Source of the DNA: Chthonomonadaceae bacterium
GTDB taxonomy: Bacteria; Armatimonadota; Chthonomonadetes; Chthonomonadales; Chthonomonadaceae
Direction of reading: 5' to 3'
DNA length: 64,000 bases
Assembly (NCBI GenBank): GCA_035650735.1
Contig: DASRGZ010000040.1
Coordinates: 1-64,000, forward strand
In this document: piece by piece, positions 46,748 through 57,428 of the stretch
Numbering within the stretch: the first letter of the stretch is position 1
Layout: each line of letters begins with the position of its first letter
Position numbers and translations under genes: made by a program
The notes under the pieces: generated by a model
The model's input: only the letters and a program-made list of their open reading frames with translations
What the model was told of the DNA's origin: nothing
The model's database searches: none

Positions 46748-48253
46748 CTAGACCACTTCGTCAGAATGGCGAATCACGGCAACGAAATCCTCCAGGGTTT
46801 CGGCGGCGGCGAGTTCCTCGTTCAAAACGCTGACGTTCTCCTCGACGAGCGGGTTCATATCGAAGAGCAGGTCTTCGCCGTTGTGCTGAAAGGCGATCCC
46901 GTTCCAGCCGATACTGCGCACCGCCTGGCCGAACCGCTCCACGAACAGCCCCCGGATGAAGGCGCGGGTATCGGCGGGCGGACAGGACATGGCCGCCTGA
47001 ATGCGCGCATCCGTCACCAGACGCCGCATCTCTCCCGCCTGTTCCAGCCCATAGTAGAGCCCCTGTTCGGGATCAATGTTATGATAGGCCAGGTCAAGGC
47101 TCTGCATGTAGGGATCGTTCCAGCTCAGGCCCTCTTCGGCGCGGAAGGCATCCAGCAGCTTGAACTTGGCGACCCAGTCTAGCCGGTCGGCCAGGCTGAG
47201 CGGATCGGTCTCCAGCGCCTCCAGCGTAGAGGCCCATTCCGCCAGCGTCCAGTCCGTCTCTTCGTCCCTGCCGCACAGGCGTTTTTCCGCCTCCTGTAGA
47301 TAGAGACGTTGGATCTCCAGCGCGGTGACGGGGCTTCCACCCTGCCGCTCCACCCTCTGTTTCAGCGTGATGTCCCGGGAAACCTGCTTGACGGCGCGCA
47401 CCGGGTCCAGCAATTTGATGGGCGACGACCACCCTTCTTCCAGCAGCGATAGCACCAGGCTGGTCGTGCCGACTTTGAGGGCGGTAGCGTACTCGCTCAT
47501 GTTGGCATCGCCGCAGATGACGTGCAGACGGCGATAGTGGCGCGGCGTGGCGTGGGGCTCATCCCGTGTGTTGACCAGCGGGCGGTTATGCAGCGTGTCC
47601 ACGCTGGCCTCGACCGAGAAGAAGTCGGCGCGCTGGGAAAGCTGAAAGACAGGAACGGCGCTGTCGTTTTCGACGTCCGACTTGCCCGCCCCGGCGTAGA
47701 TCTGGCGCGTGGCGAAGAAGGGCAGCAGCGCCTGAATGAGGACGTCCGTGGGCACATCGCGGCGCACCAGGTAGCCTTCGTGCGTGCCGTAGCTGGCGCC
47801 GTGAAAATCGGTGTTGTTTTTGTAGATGGTGACGGCCTGGCCGCGCTGCTGGGCCCGGCGCTGGGCCGCCGCGAAGACGATACGCTCTCCGGCTTTGTCG
47901 TGGGCAACCAGGTCGCGTAGGCTGCGGCATTCCGGCGTGGCGTATTCGGGATGGCCGTGATCGTTATAGAGCCTGGCCCCGTTCGCCAGAACCCGGTCGC
48001 TGCGCTCCTCCTCGCGACTCATGGGAGGCGTGCCGGGCGCATCGAACTGCGCATCATCGGGGTTGGTGGAGAGATGCTCCACCGTGAACCCGCGCATGTC
48101 ACGCCGAGGATCTTCGCCCCGGTAGTTCCAGCCGCTGACCGCCGGCCCGGCATGGCTGCGGACGACCGCGATGCTCTCGTTAATCCAGTCGCCGGCGCTC
48201 AGCCCCTCAACCACGATGCCATATTCCGTCTCGATCCCGAATAGCCTGTGCAT
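46748..48253 (-). CDS. dop: Deamidase/depupylase Dop (PafA2 family)
   Basis: GIETEYG, VL.NGARLY.DH.HPEY.TPEC, YKNNTD..G.SYG.HE.Y, RDEPHA, RRLHVI.GDAN. Confidence 0.9.
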   Translation of the reverse strand: MHRLFGIETEYGIVVEGLSAGDWINESIAVVRSHAGPAVSGWNYRGEDPRRDMRGFTVEHLSTNPDDAQFDAPGTPPMSREEERSDRVLANGARLYNDHGHPEYATPECRSLRDLVAHDKAGERIVFAAAQRRAQQRGQAVTIYKNNTDFHGASYGTHEGYLVRRDVPTDVLIQALLPFFATRQIYAGAGKSDVENDSAVPVFQLSQRADFFSVEASVDTLHNRPLVNTRDEPHATPRHYRRLHVICGDANMSEYATALKVGTTSLVLSLLEEGWSSPIKLLDPVRAVKQVSRDITLKQRVERQGGSPVTALEIQRLYLQEAEKRLCGRDEETDWTLAEWASTLEALETDPLSLADRLDWVAKFKLLDAFRAEEGLSWNDPYMQSLDLAYHNIDPEQGLYYGLEQAGEMRRLVTDARIQAAMSCPPADTRAFIRGLFVERFGQAVRSIGWNGIAFQHNGEDLLFDMNPLVEENVSVLNEELAAAETLEDFVAVIRHSDEVV

Positions 48254-48282
48254 TGTCGCTGCTGCTCATCTCCTTATTTTTC

Positions 48283-48432
48283 AACAGGATGAACAGGATT
48301 TCTCAGGATTTGCAGGATTAAGACCAAAGACTAAAGCCTTCCCGTCCACTAAGTTAAGAGATATAGGAACTTGGTTGGGTAGGTAGGTTTTAGAAATCCT
48401 GTTTAATCCTGCATAATCCTGTTCATCCTGTT
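48283..48432. repeat. Family F element (CAGGAT units / ATCCTG units)
   Basis: AACAGGATGAACAGGATT...AATCCTGTTCATCCTGTT inverted ends. Confidence 0.75.
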
Positions 48433-48439
48433 GAGGTCT

Positions 48440-50266
48440 TTAAATGATATTGCGGCGGGTGGCGTTTAGCTGCTTCTTGGCGCGAATAGGCTTGATGGTC
48501 GCCACGTTCTCCGGGTCGTAATCGAGCAGCTTCAGCCAATCTTCCTGCGAGTCGCCCTTCGGGAAGATCTCGTTCTCCTTGAACTCGACCCGGACCGCCT
48601 TTTGGAGATCGTCCAGCGAGATGCCTTCGTGCTCCGACTGCTTGAGAATGCTGCGCTTGATGGCAAAGTCCTTTGCACGCTCGGTCACCGACTTGATCAG
48701 GGCGCCGCTGATGAGGTCCTTCCAGTAGAGCGTCTCGGTGCTGCCGTTGCGCAGGAAGACCTCCAGGAACTCGGTTTCCTCGTCGCGTCGGAACGTGAAC
48801 TCGGTTATCAGATCGAGCAGCTCATCCATCGCGGCGGTACAGTCACCCTTATGCTCCCGGATCAGGTCCGGGTCAATCGGCACGTCGCTCAGATAGATTT
48901 TATAGATGTCGCGCGAGGCGCGGCGGTCGGGCCGTCCGACCTTCACCTTGCGGTCAATGCGCTCCGGGCGCAGGATGGCTGGGTCAATGTAATCGGGCCG
49001 ATTGGAGGTCAGCATCACGACCACGTTCTCTAGGTTGACCAGGCCGTCCATCTCCGCGCAGAACTGCGGCACAAGGGTATTAGAGATATTCAGCCAGCGC
49101 CCAGACGAGCGCGTGCGCAGGAGCGACTCGGCCTCATCAATGAAGATAAAGACCAGATGCCCTTCCTTTGACTTCTCCCGCGCCTGCGTGAAGATTTCGC
49201 GCACCATGCGCTCGCTCTCGCCCAGCCACATATTGAGGATTTTCGGGCCGTTGATGTACATGAAGTACTCTTTAACGTCCCGCCCGGTCTGGCTCCGGTA
49301 TTCTTGCGTGAGGTTGTAGGCGGTCGCCTTGCCGATGAGAGTCTTGCCGCAGCCGGGAGGGCCGAACAGCAGGATGCCTTTGAGCGGGCGCTTGCCAAAC
49401 CGTTCAAAGAGCTCGGGATAGAGCAGCGGCAGCTCAATGGCGTCCTTGATGACGCTGATGGCCTCCTCCTGCCCGCCGATCTTGCTCCAGGGCAGAACAG
49501 GAACCTCTTCCAGGTAGTAGTCGCGGGTCTCTTTCTCCGCGAAGTACTCCAGGGCCACCTTGAAATTGGGCTCCATGCGCACTTCCGCGCCGGTCTTGAG
49601 CGGCAAGTCCAGAAGAGGCTCGCCCCGGTAGACCACGCGCGACTGCATCCCCTGCGCGTCCATCGCCACGCGCAGCCGCCCATCTTCCAGTACCTCGCTT
49701 ATCTTAACGATGGGGCCGCCCTGCGCGAAGCCCAGGTCGCCGATGACCGCGAACGCCTCGTTCACCTTGACCTGCGTGCCGATCTTGAAATCGGGGTTCT
49801 CCAGCTTGGGGTCCACGTTGGCGATGTATTCCTGGTCGCCCAGGGCAATGCGCACGACCAGGCCGGGCTTTTCTTCGGATTCCGGCTCGGCGGGCTGACC
49901 GAGGCGGCGGCGCGGCTTGGGCTTTTCCTCGGTGGGCTCCAACATCCCCAGGAAGACGCCAATGCGGTTGGCGGGCGAGGTCAGCTTATTATAGGCCTCC
50001 TCAAACTCGGCGATGACTTTCTTGGCCTCTTCCATCATGGCCTCATCGGCCTGGACCTGCTCGCGCAAGGCCATCAGGTAGCTGAGGCGCACGTCGTTGC
50101 GCGGGGTCATGCGGATGATCTCATCCAGCAGCCAGAGGGCGCGCAGCTGCATGTCGGAGGAGGAAGCGGCCTGGTTATCGTCACCGAAGGCGCTGTCGTT
50201 ATAATCGTCGCGGTTGCCGCCGAAGTCCATGTCGTCGCGGCGGTCACGGTCACGGTCTCGTCGCAT
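48440..50266 (-). CDS. arc: Proteasome AAA+ ATPase ARC/Mpa
   Basis: Coiled coil + OB domains, GPPGCGKTLI.KA, FIDEAES, SNRPD.IDPAILRP.RID. Confidence 0.92.
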   Translation of the reverse strand: MRRDRDRDRRDDMDFGGNRDDYNDSAFGDDNQAASSSDMQLRALWLLDEIIRMTPRNDVRLSYLMALREQVQADEAMMEEAKKVIAEFEEAYNKLTSPANRIGVFLGMLEPTEEKPKPRRRLGQPAEPESEEKPGLVVRIALGDQEYIANVDPKLENPDFKIGTQVKVNEAFAVIGDLGFAQGGPIVKISEVLEDGRLRVAMDAQGMQSRVVYRGEPLLDLPLKTGAEVRMEPNFKVALEYFAEKETRDYYLEEVPVLPWSKIGGQEEAISVIKDAIELPLLYPELFERFGKRPLKGILLFGPPGCGKTLIGKATAYNLTQEYRSQTGRDVKEYFMYINGPKILNMWLGESERMVREIFTQAREKSKEGHLVFIFIDEAESLLRTRSSGRWLNISNTLVPQFCAEMDGLVNLENVVVMLTSNRPDYIDPAILRPERIDRKVKVGRPDRRASRDIYKIYLSDVPIDPDLIREHKGDCTAAMDELLDLITEFTFRRDEETEFLEVFLRNGSTETLYWKDLISGALIKSVTERAKDFAIKRSILKQSEHEGISLDDLQKAVRVEFKENEIFPKGDSQEDWLKLLDYDPENVATIKPIRAKKQLNATRRNII

Positions 50267-50614
50267 TCGCCTCTCCTTGTTATGTCCGGGAGCCCGAGGA
50301 CTTCCTGTAGACAAAGACATACTGGGCGCGCTTCGATGCGCACCCGGTCTCAGTATACCAAACTTTACGCGTGTTGGGAAGCGTAAGTTTCGCGCCTCCC
50401 AGTACGAATGTATACCTGTTCTGACGACAAGCGGCGGTATTTTTACACTTTCCTGGGTTGACCGCCCTTTCGCCCTGTGCTAAGATGAACCCAGGCTGGC
50501 AGAAAGAGCGGGCCTCAGACTGGCAGAAAGAATGGGTACGAGTAGGCTGCCCAGGCCAGCATAGGCGCAGCAATTGGGCTAGGATGTGCCCAGACTGGAA
50601 GCAAGAACCGGCTG

Positions 50615-51598
50615 ATGACGCGGCTGAGGCAGCAACAGGAACCGAAAAGCGTGAATCGCAAAACGGCTCAACTTATCCAAAATCTGACGACAGGCGATGT
50701 CGTCGCGCGCCGCGAGGCGGCAACCAAGTTGGGCAAGCGTGGCGGCCGGGAAGCCGTCGAAGCGCTCTGCCAGGCGCTACAGGATGGTAGCTGGCATGTA
50801 CGCCGGAATGCAGCCCAAGCGCTGGGTCGGCTGGGAGATACCGCCGTTCTTGAGCCGCTCTGTCAGGCGCTGCAAGATAAGAGCCAGGGCGTCCGGCGCG
50901 CGGCGGCGACGGCGCTGGGCGCGCTGCAAGATGCCCGCGCGGTCGAACCGCTTCTCTCTGCTCTACGGGATAAGAAGGCGCTCGTTCGCAACAGCGCCTG
51001 TGAAGCCCTTATCCGGATCGGCTTGCCCGCCGTGGCCCCACTTTGCCAGGCGCTCGCGGAAGATCGGGAGCCTGTTCGCAAACATGCGCGCACGGCCTTA
51101 CAGCAGATATTGGAGCAGAATCATAAGCAGACGCTCTCCGCCCTGCTGGGAGACGCCCGACTGACGCCCCAGCAGCGCTGGATCGGGCTGGATGCGCTCT
51201 GTGGCTATCGCGGCGGACGGTTTCTCGGCCCTTACTTTGCCGACACGCGCCGCTTCTGCGAGCGTGTCGCACGATCAGAGGATTTTGCGGAGCCTGCCCG
51301 CACTGGCGCGCACGAAGTTCTCAATTACCTGACGCTGGCCCGCCCCAGCCAGCGCGACCTGTCGGCGGAAAAGGATTCCCTGCTGCGCGCCGCGCACGGT
51401 ACGGAAGCGACGGGCGGCGCGGATATTCTCCTGCGGGCCTCCAATTCAGAGCCTGAGGAACTTACAGAGGAGCGCGCGTTGCGGAGCGGCGCGTTGACAG
51501 TGTTTGCCTACCCAATCACGAAATCGGCGCACACCTTGCGCCGATTTGTGCTCCTCTGCCTGGATAGATTCCGAAATCTCTTTAAGCCGGACGACTAA
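50615..51598 (+). CDS. HEAT/PBS-lyase repeat protein
   Basis: Repeated VRR.AA.ALG.L.D..AVEPL..AL.D units; triple L(L/A)R(A/P) tail. Confidence 0.85.
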   Translation: MTRLRQQQEPKSVNRKTAQLIQNLTTGDVVARREAATKLGKRGGREAVEALCQALQDGSWHVRRNAAQALGRLGDTAVLEPLCQALQDKSQGVRRAAATALGALQDARAVEPLLSALRDKKALVRNSACEALIRIGLPAVAPLCQALAEDREPVRKHARTALQQILEQNHKQTLSALLGDARLTPQQRWIGLDALCGYRGGRFLGPYFADTRRFCERVARSEDFAEPARTGAHEVLNYLTLARPSQRDLSAEKDSLLRAAHGTEATGGADILLRASNSEPEELTEERALRSGALTVFAYPITKSAHTLRRFVLLCLDRFRNLFKPDD

Positions 51599-51691
51599 CG
51601 CCATCAGCAAAATAGGAACCTGACTCCACGCCGGTGGTGCATTGGACGAAGTATGCCGTCACCGTCGAGCCCTTAGCTGCCAGGGAAACAA

Positions 51692-53437
51692 ATGACGAAG
51701 CCACCGAACCCTCTCACCGAACGCGGCCTGAATAACCTGGTCGCCTTTACCCGGCTGCTCGGCTACGTCCGCCATTTCCATCCGAGCGACGAGGCGGCAG
51801 CCATCACGGACGGCTGGCACCGGTTTGCGGTCGAAGGCGTACAGAGCGTGGAAGGCGCGACAGACTCCTGTGACCTGGCGCATAGGCTGTCAGCCCACTT
51901 CCGCACGGTTGCGCCCACGCTGCGCGTCTTTCTGACGGGACAGCGCCTGCCGCTACCCGTTGAGTTGTTCCCGCCTGCGAACCGGCAGGGCCTGGGTGTC
52001 ATGATGTGGCGGCATGAGGGCTACGGCGCTCCGCGCTTTGCCCGTCCCTACCGCAGCGTGCGCGTCCGTAAGTCCACGCCGCAGGGATGCATTCCCAAAC
52101 GGCTGCCCGATCCCCGCCAGCCCTATCGCGCCGACCTGGGTGGGGGCGTTTCCTGCTGCGTTCCCCTCGCGCTCTGGACGGACGCCAGAGGCACGCTGCC
52201 GCATCGGGCGCAGCAGAAACGGGCCTCTACTTCCGAACCGAGGGAGTATTTGGGTGACGACCGGGCGGTTCGCCTTGCGGCGGTGGCGCTGGCCTGGAAC
52301 GTATGGCAGCACTTCTATCCCTATTTCGATGTGGTCAAGACCGACTGGCGCGGCGTCCTGCGGGAGACCCTGTGCGCCGCCGCGACCGACTACGACGCGA
52401 CCGAGTTCCTGAGCACGCTGCGGCGCATGAATGCGCAGTTGCAGGATGGGCATGGGTACGTCCAGAGGCACGCCGATTGGCGGCGCTATGCGCCCCCGTT
52501 TCACATGGACTGGATCGAGGAGCGGCTGGTGATAACCTCAGTCACGCCGGAAGGCGCGGGCGGGCTGAGACCGGGGGATGTGGTTCTCCGCGTGGATGGT
52601 CAGCCTGCCACAGGGGCGTTGGAGTCGCAGGAACGTCTGGTTTCGGCGGCGACGCCGGGCCGCAGGCGCTTCCGCGCCATCCAGGAACTGCTGGCGGACA
52701 CCGACGAATCCGAAATGGTCCTGGAGATAGCGACGGCCACGGGGCAGCCGCAGGCGGTAACGGTGCGCCGCTCTGTCCTTTGTCCCTCTTACTGGGACCT
52801 GGGCTTTCTGCAGAGAGAATCGCGCCCGCCCAAGATAGTCGAGATGCAGCCGGGCCTCTGGTACGTGGACTTTTGCCGGACGGAGGACAGCGAGTTTTAC
52901 GCCGTGCTCTCGCATCTGGCGCAGGCGCGGGGCGTCCTCTTCGATGTGCGCGGCTATCCGAGCGCCATTTCGTACCATACCCTCGCACACCTGATTGACG
53001 CGCCGATCACCTCGCCGAAGCACTGTCTTCCGACGCGGCTGTACCCGGATCGGCAGCGCGTTGAGTGGGACGTTCGCCAATGGGATCCTATCTTCCCGGT
53101 CGCCCCACGGATCGCAGGCAAGATCGCCTTTTTGACCGATGAGCGGGCCGTCAGTTGGGCCGAGACCTATCTAGCGTTCGTCGAGCATTATCATCTGGGC
53201 GAGATCGTCGGCGCGCCTACGGCAGGAACAAATGGGGCGCTCAACGAAATCGAAGAGATCATCGGGGGCTATCGTCTCTACTGGACGTGCTATCGCGTTC
53301 TCAAACACGACGGCTCACCGCATCATGGCATAGGCCTCCTGCCCACGATCCCTGTTACGCGCACCCTTCGCGGCGTCGCAGCAGGACGGGATGAGGTAAT
53401 GGAACGTGCACTGGAAGTTGTCTCTGCCCGGCCCTAA
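51692..53437 (+). CDS. S41 family peptidase with PDZ domain
   Basis: L.DGH, GL.PGD.V..VDG, FD.RGYP, S.AE, G.PTAG.NG, G.G..P. Confidence 0.85.
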   Translation: MTKPPNPLTERGLNNLVAFTRLLGYVRHFHPSDEAAAITDGWHRFAVEGVQSVEGATDSCDLAHRLSAHFRTVAPTLRVFLTGQRLPLPVELFPPANRQGLGVMMWRHEGYGAPRFARPYRSVRVRKSTPQGCIPKRLPDPRQPYRADLGGGVSCCVPLALWTDARGTLPHRAQQKRASTSEPREYLGDDRAVRLAAVALAWNVWQHFYPYFDVVKTDWRGVLRETLCAAATDYDATEFLSTLRRMNAQLQDGHGYVQRHADWRRYAPPFHMDWIEERLVITSVTPEGAGGLRPGDVVLRVDGQPATGALESQERLVSAATPGRRRFRAIQELLADTDESEMVLEIATATGQPQAVTVRRSVLCPSYWDLGFLQRESRPPKIVEMQPGLWYVDFCRTEDSEFYAVLSHLAQARGVLFDVRGYPSAISYHTLAHLIDAPITSPKHCLPTRLYPDRQRVEWDVRQWDPIFPVAPRIAGKIAFLTDERAVSWAETYLAFVEHYHLGEIVGAPTAGTNGALNEIEEIIGGYRLYWTCYRVLKHDGSPHHGIGLLPTIPVTRTLRGVAAGRDEVMERALEVVSARP

Positions 53438-53574
53438 AGGACTGGGCTGTGGGCGGCAAGCCCCCGGAAGGGGGCTCTCCCTTCTGGTAGCCCCTGAAAG
53501 AGGCAAACCCACCTATGAGAGCCCGCTTGAGCGGGCTTGCCATCGGCAGCCCACCCCTAAAGGACTGGGCTGCC
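53425..53574. repeat. Family A copy; supplies the stop codon of the S41 gene
   Basis: GCCCGGCCCTAAAGGACTGGGCTGTGGGCGGCAAGCCCC as at 2437-2477. Confidence 0.75.
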
Positions 53575-53584
53575 ATGTGATGAT

Positions 53585-56548
53585 TTACCGGCCTGGCGAT
53601 GGCGGCGGGCTGCCGCTCTTCGAAGAACTGGGCGCTTCGGATTTCTCCGGCCCTGGCTGCTTCTGGTCGGTCTCCGCGGGCTTGAGGTTGCGCTTTGGAT
53701 CCAGGTTGGGCTGCTGCTTGGGCAGGTCGGGCAACTGCTTGATGATGCTGGCCCCCTGCTTGCGGGTCATCTCGCGCGCCTCCGCGGCGCTATTAATGAC
53801 ATGGGGCGTGATAAAGATCATCAGCTCCGTTTTGTTGCGCACCTTCTGGCGGGAGCGGAAGAACTGGCCGATCAACGGTATCTCCGACAGGATCGGGATT
53901 TTGGTGACGTTGAGCGAGTCGCTGTCGCGAATCAGGCCGCCGATGACGATGGTGTCGCCATCCTGGACCGTGACCGCCGTATCGGTGTAGCGGTCATCAA
54001 CCACCGGGGCGCGGATCGCGCTGACGCCCGTGCCCAGAATGTCGAAGCGGAGCAGATCGCTGGCCTCCTGCTGCACCTCAATCGTCACCAGGCCCTCTCG
54101 GGTGATGCGGGGAATGACGTTGAGGATGATGCCGACGTTCAGGAAGTCAAGTTCGTTGCTGACCGTCGTATTGATGAAGCCGTTGGCATTCTGGCCCTGC
54201 ACGTAGGGAATATTGGTCGTGATGTCAATTTCGGCTTCCTGGTTATTGCCGGTAAAGATGCGCGGCGTGGAGAGGACTTTAACCTTGCTATCCGAGGTGA
54301 GCGCCTGGATCAGCGCGTCATAGTTGGCGCCATGCAGGACGAACTGCCCGCCGGTCGCCAGCGGATCGAAGGTCGGGCTGAATCCCTGCGCCGGCAGATT
54401 GATAGCTCCCTGGGCGTTATTGTTGCCGCTGAAGAGCCGGAAGAACTTGCCGCTCAGCGCCAGCCCGGTTCTCTGGTCCGAATCCAGGGTCACTTCGGCG
54501 ATAATGGCCTCGATCATGACCTGGCGCGGCACCACGTCCAGCGCCTCGATGATCTCTTTGACGGCCTGATAGTTGTCCGGGGTTGTGGTGACGATGAGGC
54601 TGTCGCCGCCGGGAGACGCGGTGACGAAGACGTTGTTCTGTAACTGCAACAGGTTGGAGTAGGTGCCGGTGCGTCCCCGTCCATACTGCGGCCCGCCGCC
54701 CTGCCCGATGCCGCGCCGCCGCCCGAAGCCGTAATCGTAGTATTGGCGCGTGCGCTCCTTCTCCTGGCCATCGCGCGGATCGTCCCCCTCGCTATCGGGC
54801 GGAGAGACATCTCCGGGCGGCACTCCTCCGGACGCCTGGGCTGCGCTCGGGGGCGGCGCGGCCCTCCCATCGGGTCGCGTCGCGGATCGGAAGGGATTGT
54901 TGTTGTTCTGGCTGCCCAGACGCCGCTGGATGCGCTGGCGGCGGCCTCCCCGGTTCCCCTGGCCGCCACCTCCAAAGAAGAAGAAGCCACCGAAGGGATT
55001 GAAGTTATTTTGCGCCGTGTTGAACGCCTGGCTTAGCGCATAGGCCACGTCGTCGGCCTGGGCGTTCTTGAGCGGAATGACGAAGGTGGTCGGTTCCACC
55101 GGCACATCCACGTCCAACTGGTCAATCAACTGCTCGATTTCGGGCATCCGCTCTGCCGAGGCCGTGAGCAGCAGAGTGTTGGTGCGCGGGTCGGCGACGA
55201 CCTTGCCGAAGGGATCGGCACTGGTTACCGTCTGCGTCTGGGGCTGCTCCCCGCCGAAGCCGCCGAAGGCGCGCGCCTGAAACGAGGCGCCGGCCGGGTT
55301 CGGATTGGCCGACCCACCGACATGCATATTGGTCAGCACGCTATTGATGAGGTTGGCCACGGTCACGGCATCGGCATACTTAATCTTGCGGGTTTTGGTC
55401 TGGAGCGTGTTGGCCTCGTCGCCATCGAGCGCCTGGATGATCTTGCGGGAGATCTCGTCCTGGTTATCCGGCGAGGCGACGACGATGACGGAGTTGGTGC
55501 GGGCATCCGCTACGGCCACCACGGCAGGCCGTCCGCTGCCCATCGGCGCGGGCTGGCCCGGCTGCGGCGGAGGGGGCTGGGGCTGGCCGGGCTGCGGCGG
55601 GGCGCCACGGCCGCGCGTGGTGGTCTGCTTGTAGATGTTGGTGATGATGTCGGCGACGACGGTGGCCTCGGCGTGTCGGAGCGGATAGATGCGCATCTCC
55701 GTCCGGTTGGAGGTTTTGTCCAGGGCATCCACCAGCTTGATAAAACGCTGGACGTTGCTGGCCGTGTCGGTGACGATCAGGGCGTTGGAGCCGGCGCTGC
55801 CGATTAGGCTGGCACCCTTGTTGATGAGCGGCATCAGCTCTTTGGACAGCGCCTCAGCGTCCACGTTCTCCAGGGGGATCACCTGGGTCATCACCTGATC
55901 GCGCGCATCAATCGTGCCCGGCTTGACATCCGGATTGACCAACGGCGTACTGCCCACAGCCCGGTCCAGCGGCACGATACGCAGCACCATCCCGTCCTGA
56001 ATGGCGGTAAAGCCGCGCACGAATAGCACCGACTGCAAAATCTTGAACGCCTCGTCCAGCGTCACCTGCTTGGGATTGATGATGGTGACCTGGCCGGTCA
56101 GGGCCGGATCTTTGGTGACCGTCAGGTTGGAGACGCGCGCATAGAACTGCAAGACGTTGTCAATATCGGAGCCATGAAAGTCAAAGGAGAAGATCGCGCC
56201 CGCCGCCATCGGGGCGACGCCGCCTCCGCCGGCGGGGTTCGGCGCGGCGGCGACCGGCTGCGCGCCGGCAGGCATGGGCGGCAGCGCCGGTTTTCCACCG
56301 GGCGGCGCGGCCTGCTGCCGGGACATGGGCACGACGCGCAGTGTCGGCCCATTCCGCTTTTTGGATGTTTTCTTGCCTTTGCTCTGCGCGGCGCGCGTCC
56401 CCTTGCGCGGCGCGCGCGACGGCTGTGCCTCCTGCGCGGCCGTGCCCGTAAGCGGAAGGATCAGGCTGGCCGTCAAGGCAGCAAGCCCGGCCCTGGTCCA
56501 GAAGTCCCGTCTCCAGGACGGCGCGGCATATTTGAATCGTTTCCCCAT
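53585..56548 (-). CDS. gspD: Type II secretion system secretin GspD
   Basis: N0-N3 repeats (V.AD.RTNS.IV), QVMIEA.IAEV, KIP.L..IPLIG.FF, TELMIFITPHV. Confidence 0.93.
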   Translation of the reverse strand: MGKRFKYAAPSWRRDFWTRAGLAALTASLILPLTGTAAQEAQPSRAPRKGTRAAQSKGKKTSKKRNGPTLRVVPMSRQQAAPPGGKPALPPMPAGAQPVAAAPNPAGGGGVAPMAAGAIFSFDFHGSDIDNVLQFYARVSNLTVTKDPALTGQVTIINPKQVTLDEAFKILQSVLFVRGFTAIQDGMVLRIVPLDRAVGSTPLVNPDVKPGTIDARDQVMTQVIPLENVDAEALSKELMPLINKGASLIGSAGSNALIVTDTASNVQRFIKLVDALDKTSNRTEMRIYPLRHAEATVVADIITNIYKQTTTRGRGAPPQPGQPQPPPPQPGQPAPMGSGRPAVVAVADARTNSVIVVASPDNQDEISRKIIQALDGDEANTLQTKTRKIKYADAVTVANLINSVLTNMHVGGSANPNPAGASFQARAFGGFGGEQPQTQTVTSADPFGKVVADPRTNTLLLTASAERMPEIEQLIDQLDVDVPVEPTTFVIPLKNAQADDVAYALSQAFNTAQNNFNPFGGFFFFGGGGQGNRGGRRQRIQRRLGSQNNNNPFRSATRPDGRAAPPPSAAQASGGVPPGDVSPPDSEGDDPRDGQEKERTRQYYDYGFGRRRGIGQGGGPQYGRGRTGTYSNLLQLQNNVFVTASPGGDSLIVTTTPDNYQAVKEIIEALDVVPRQVMIEAIIAEVTLDSDQRTGLALSGKFFRLFSGNNNAQGAINLPAQGFSPTFDPLATGGQFVLHGANYDALIQALTSDSKVKVLSTPRIFTGNNQEAEIDITTNIPYVQGQNANGFINTTVSNELDFLNVGIILNVIPRITREGLVTIEVQQEASDLLRFDILGTGVSAIRAPVVDDRYTDTAVTVQDGDTIVIGGLIRDSDSLNVTKIPILSEIPLIGQFFRSRQKVRNKTELMIFITPHVINSAAEAREMTRKQGASIIKQLPDLPKQQPNLDPKRNLKPAETDQKQPGPEKSEAPSSSKSGSPPPSPGR

Positions 56549-56588
56549 GCTTTCCTTCCTATTTCCCCTAAGGCCCACACCCCTCGTG

Positions 56589-57428
56589 CTAACGGTTAAA
56601 AGTCCTATCCAGGATGCGCTCCCGGCGCTGGGCCTGTCTGGCGTTGAGCACGCGGCCGTTGGAGAGCGTTACCGGTCCATTGGGTGCCGGCGCATTGGCG
56701 GGTGGAGGACCCCCTGGCGGGGGCGGCGTTCCGGGCTGGCCTCCGGGTTGTCCTCCCGGCTGCCCCGGCTGGCCGGGCTGGCCGCCGCTATTCAGAAAGT
56801 CCGCGCTCTTATCCAGGGGCGTGACGGTAATCCGGTCGGATTTGGCCAGACGGGTCGTGTTGCCGCCGGCCATCAGAGTCACCTCCTGATCGGTGATGTT
56901 GGACACCTGCGCGCCGAGGAAGCTCTCGCCGACCTGAACGTAGTGGCCCTCTTTGGTCTTGGGGTTCTCCAGCAGCGCCATCAGGGTATCGCCGATATGG
57001 ACCGTTCCCGTATAGGCCCAGTCCGCGAACGGATTGATCGGCGCGACGGGAACCATAGGGGCGGGCGGCGGAGGCGGCGGGGCCGGGCGCTTCCTGATGT
57101 GAACCGGCTTCGGTTTGGGCGGCGGAGGCGGCTGCGGCGCGCTGAACAGGCTGCTGCGTACCTCGCCGGTATAGAAGGAGAGAGGCCGCCGGGAGGGCGG
57201 CGCGGGGGAAGGCTCTACAGTTAGCCCGGCGCTGCTTTCCGCGTTCTGCGCCGTGGCGCCCTTGTTGGCTGGGGCCGCGGACGCCGGGCGGTTCTGCGCG
57301 CCGTTGGGCCGTGCCACGCCGACCAGGATGAGCGCCGTGACGCCAACGACCAGCGCCGCGCCTCCTACCGGGAAGGTTTTGCCTGGGCGCAGTGCCCTCT
57401 GCGCTTTAATCCACTGTATTTGCAGCAC
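56589..57428 (-). CDS. GspC/PilP-like T2SS assembly protein
   Basis: TM, Pro-rich linker, YTGTV......ALL.........VGE...GA.V..I...V.L; upstream of gspD. Confidence 0.6.
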   Translation of the reverse strand: MLQIQWIKAQRALRPGKTFPVGGAALVVGVTALILVGVARPNGAQNRPASAAPANKGATAQNAESSAGLTVEPSPAPPSRRPLSFYTGEVRSSLFSAPQPPPPPKPKPVHIRKRPAPPPPPPAPMVPVAPINPFADWAYTGTVHIGDTLMALLENPKTKEGHYVQVGESFLGAQVSNITDQEVTLMAGGNTTRLAKSDRITVTPLDKSADFLNSGGQPGQPGQPGGQPGGQPGTPPPPGGPPPANAPAPNGPVTLSNGRVLNARQAQRRERILDRTFNR

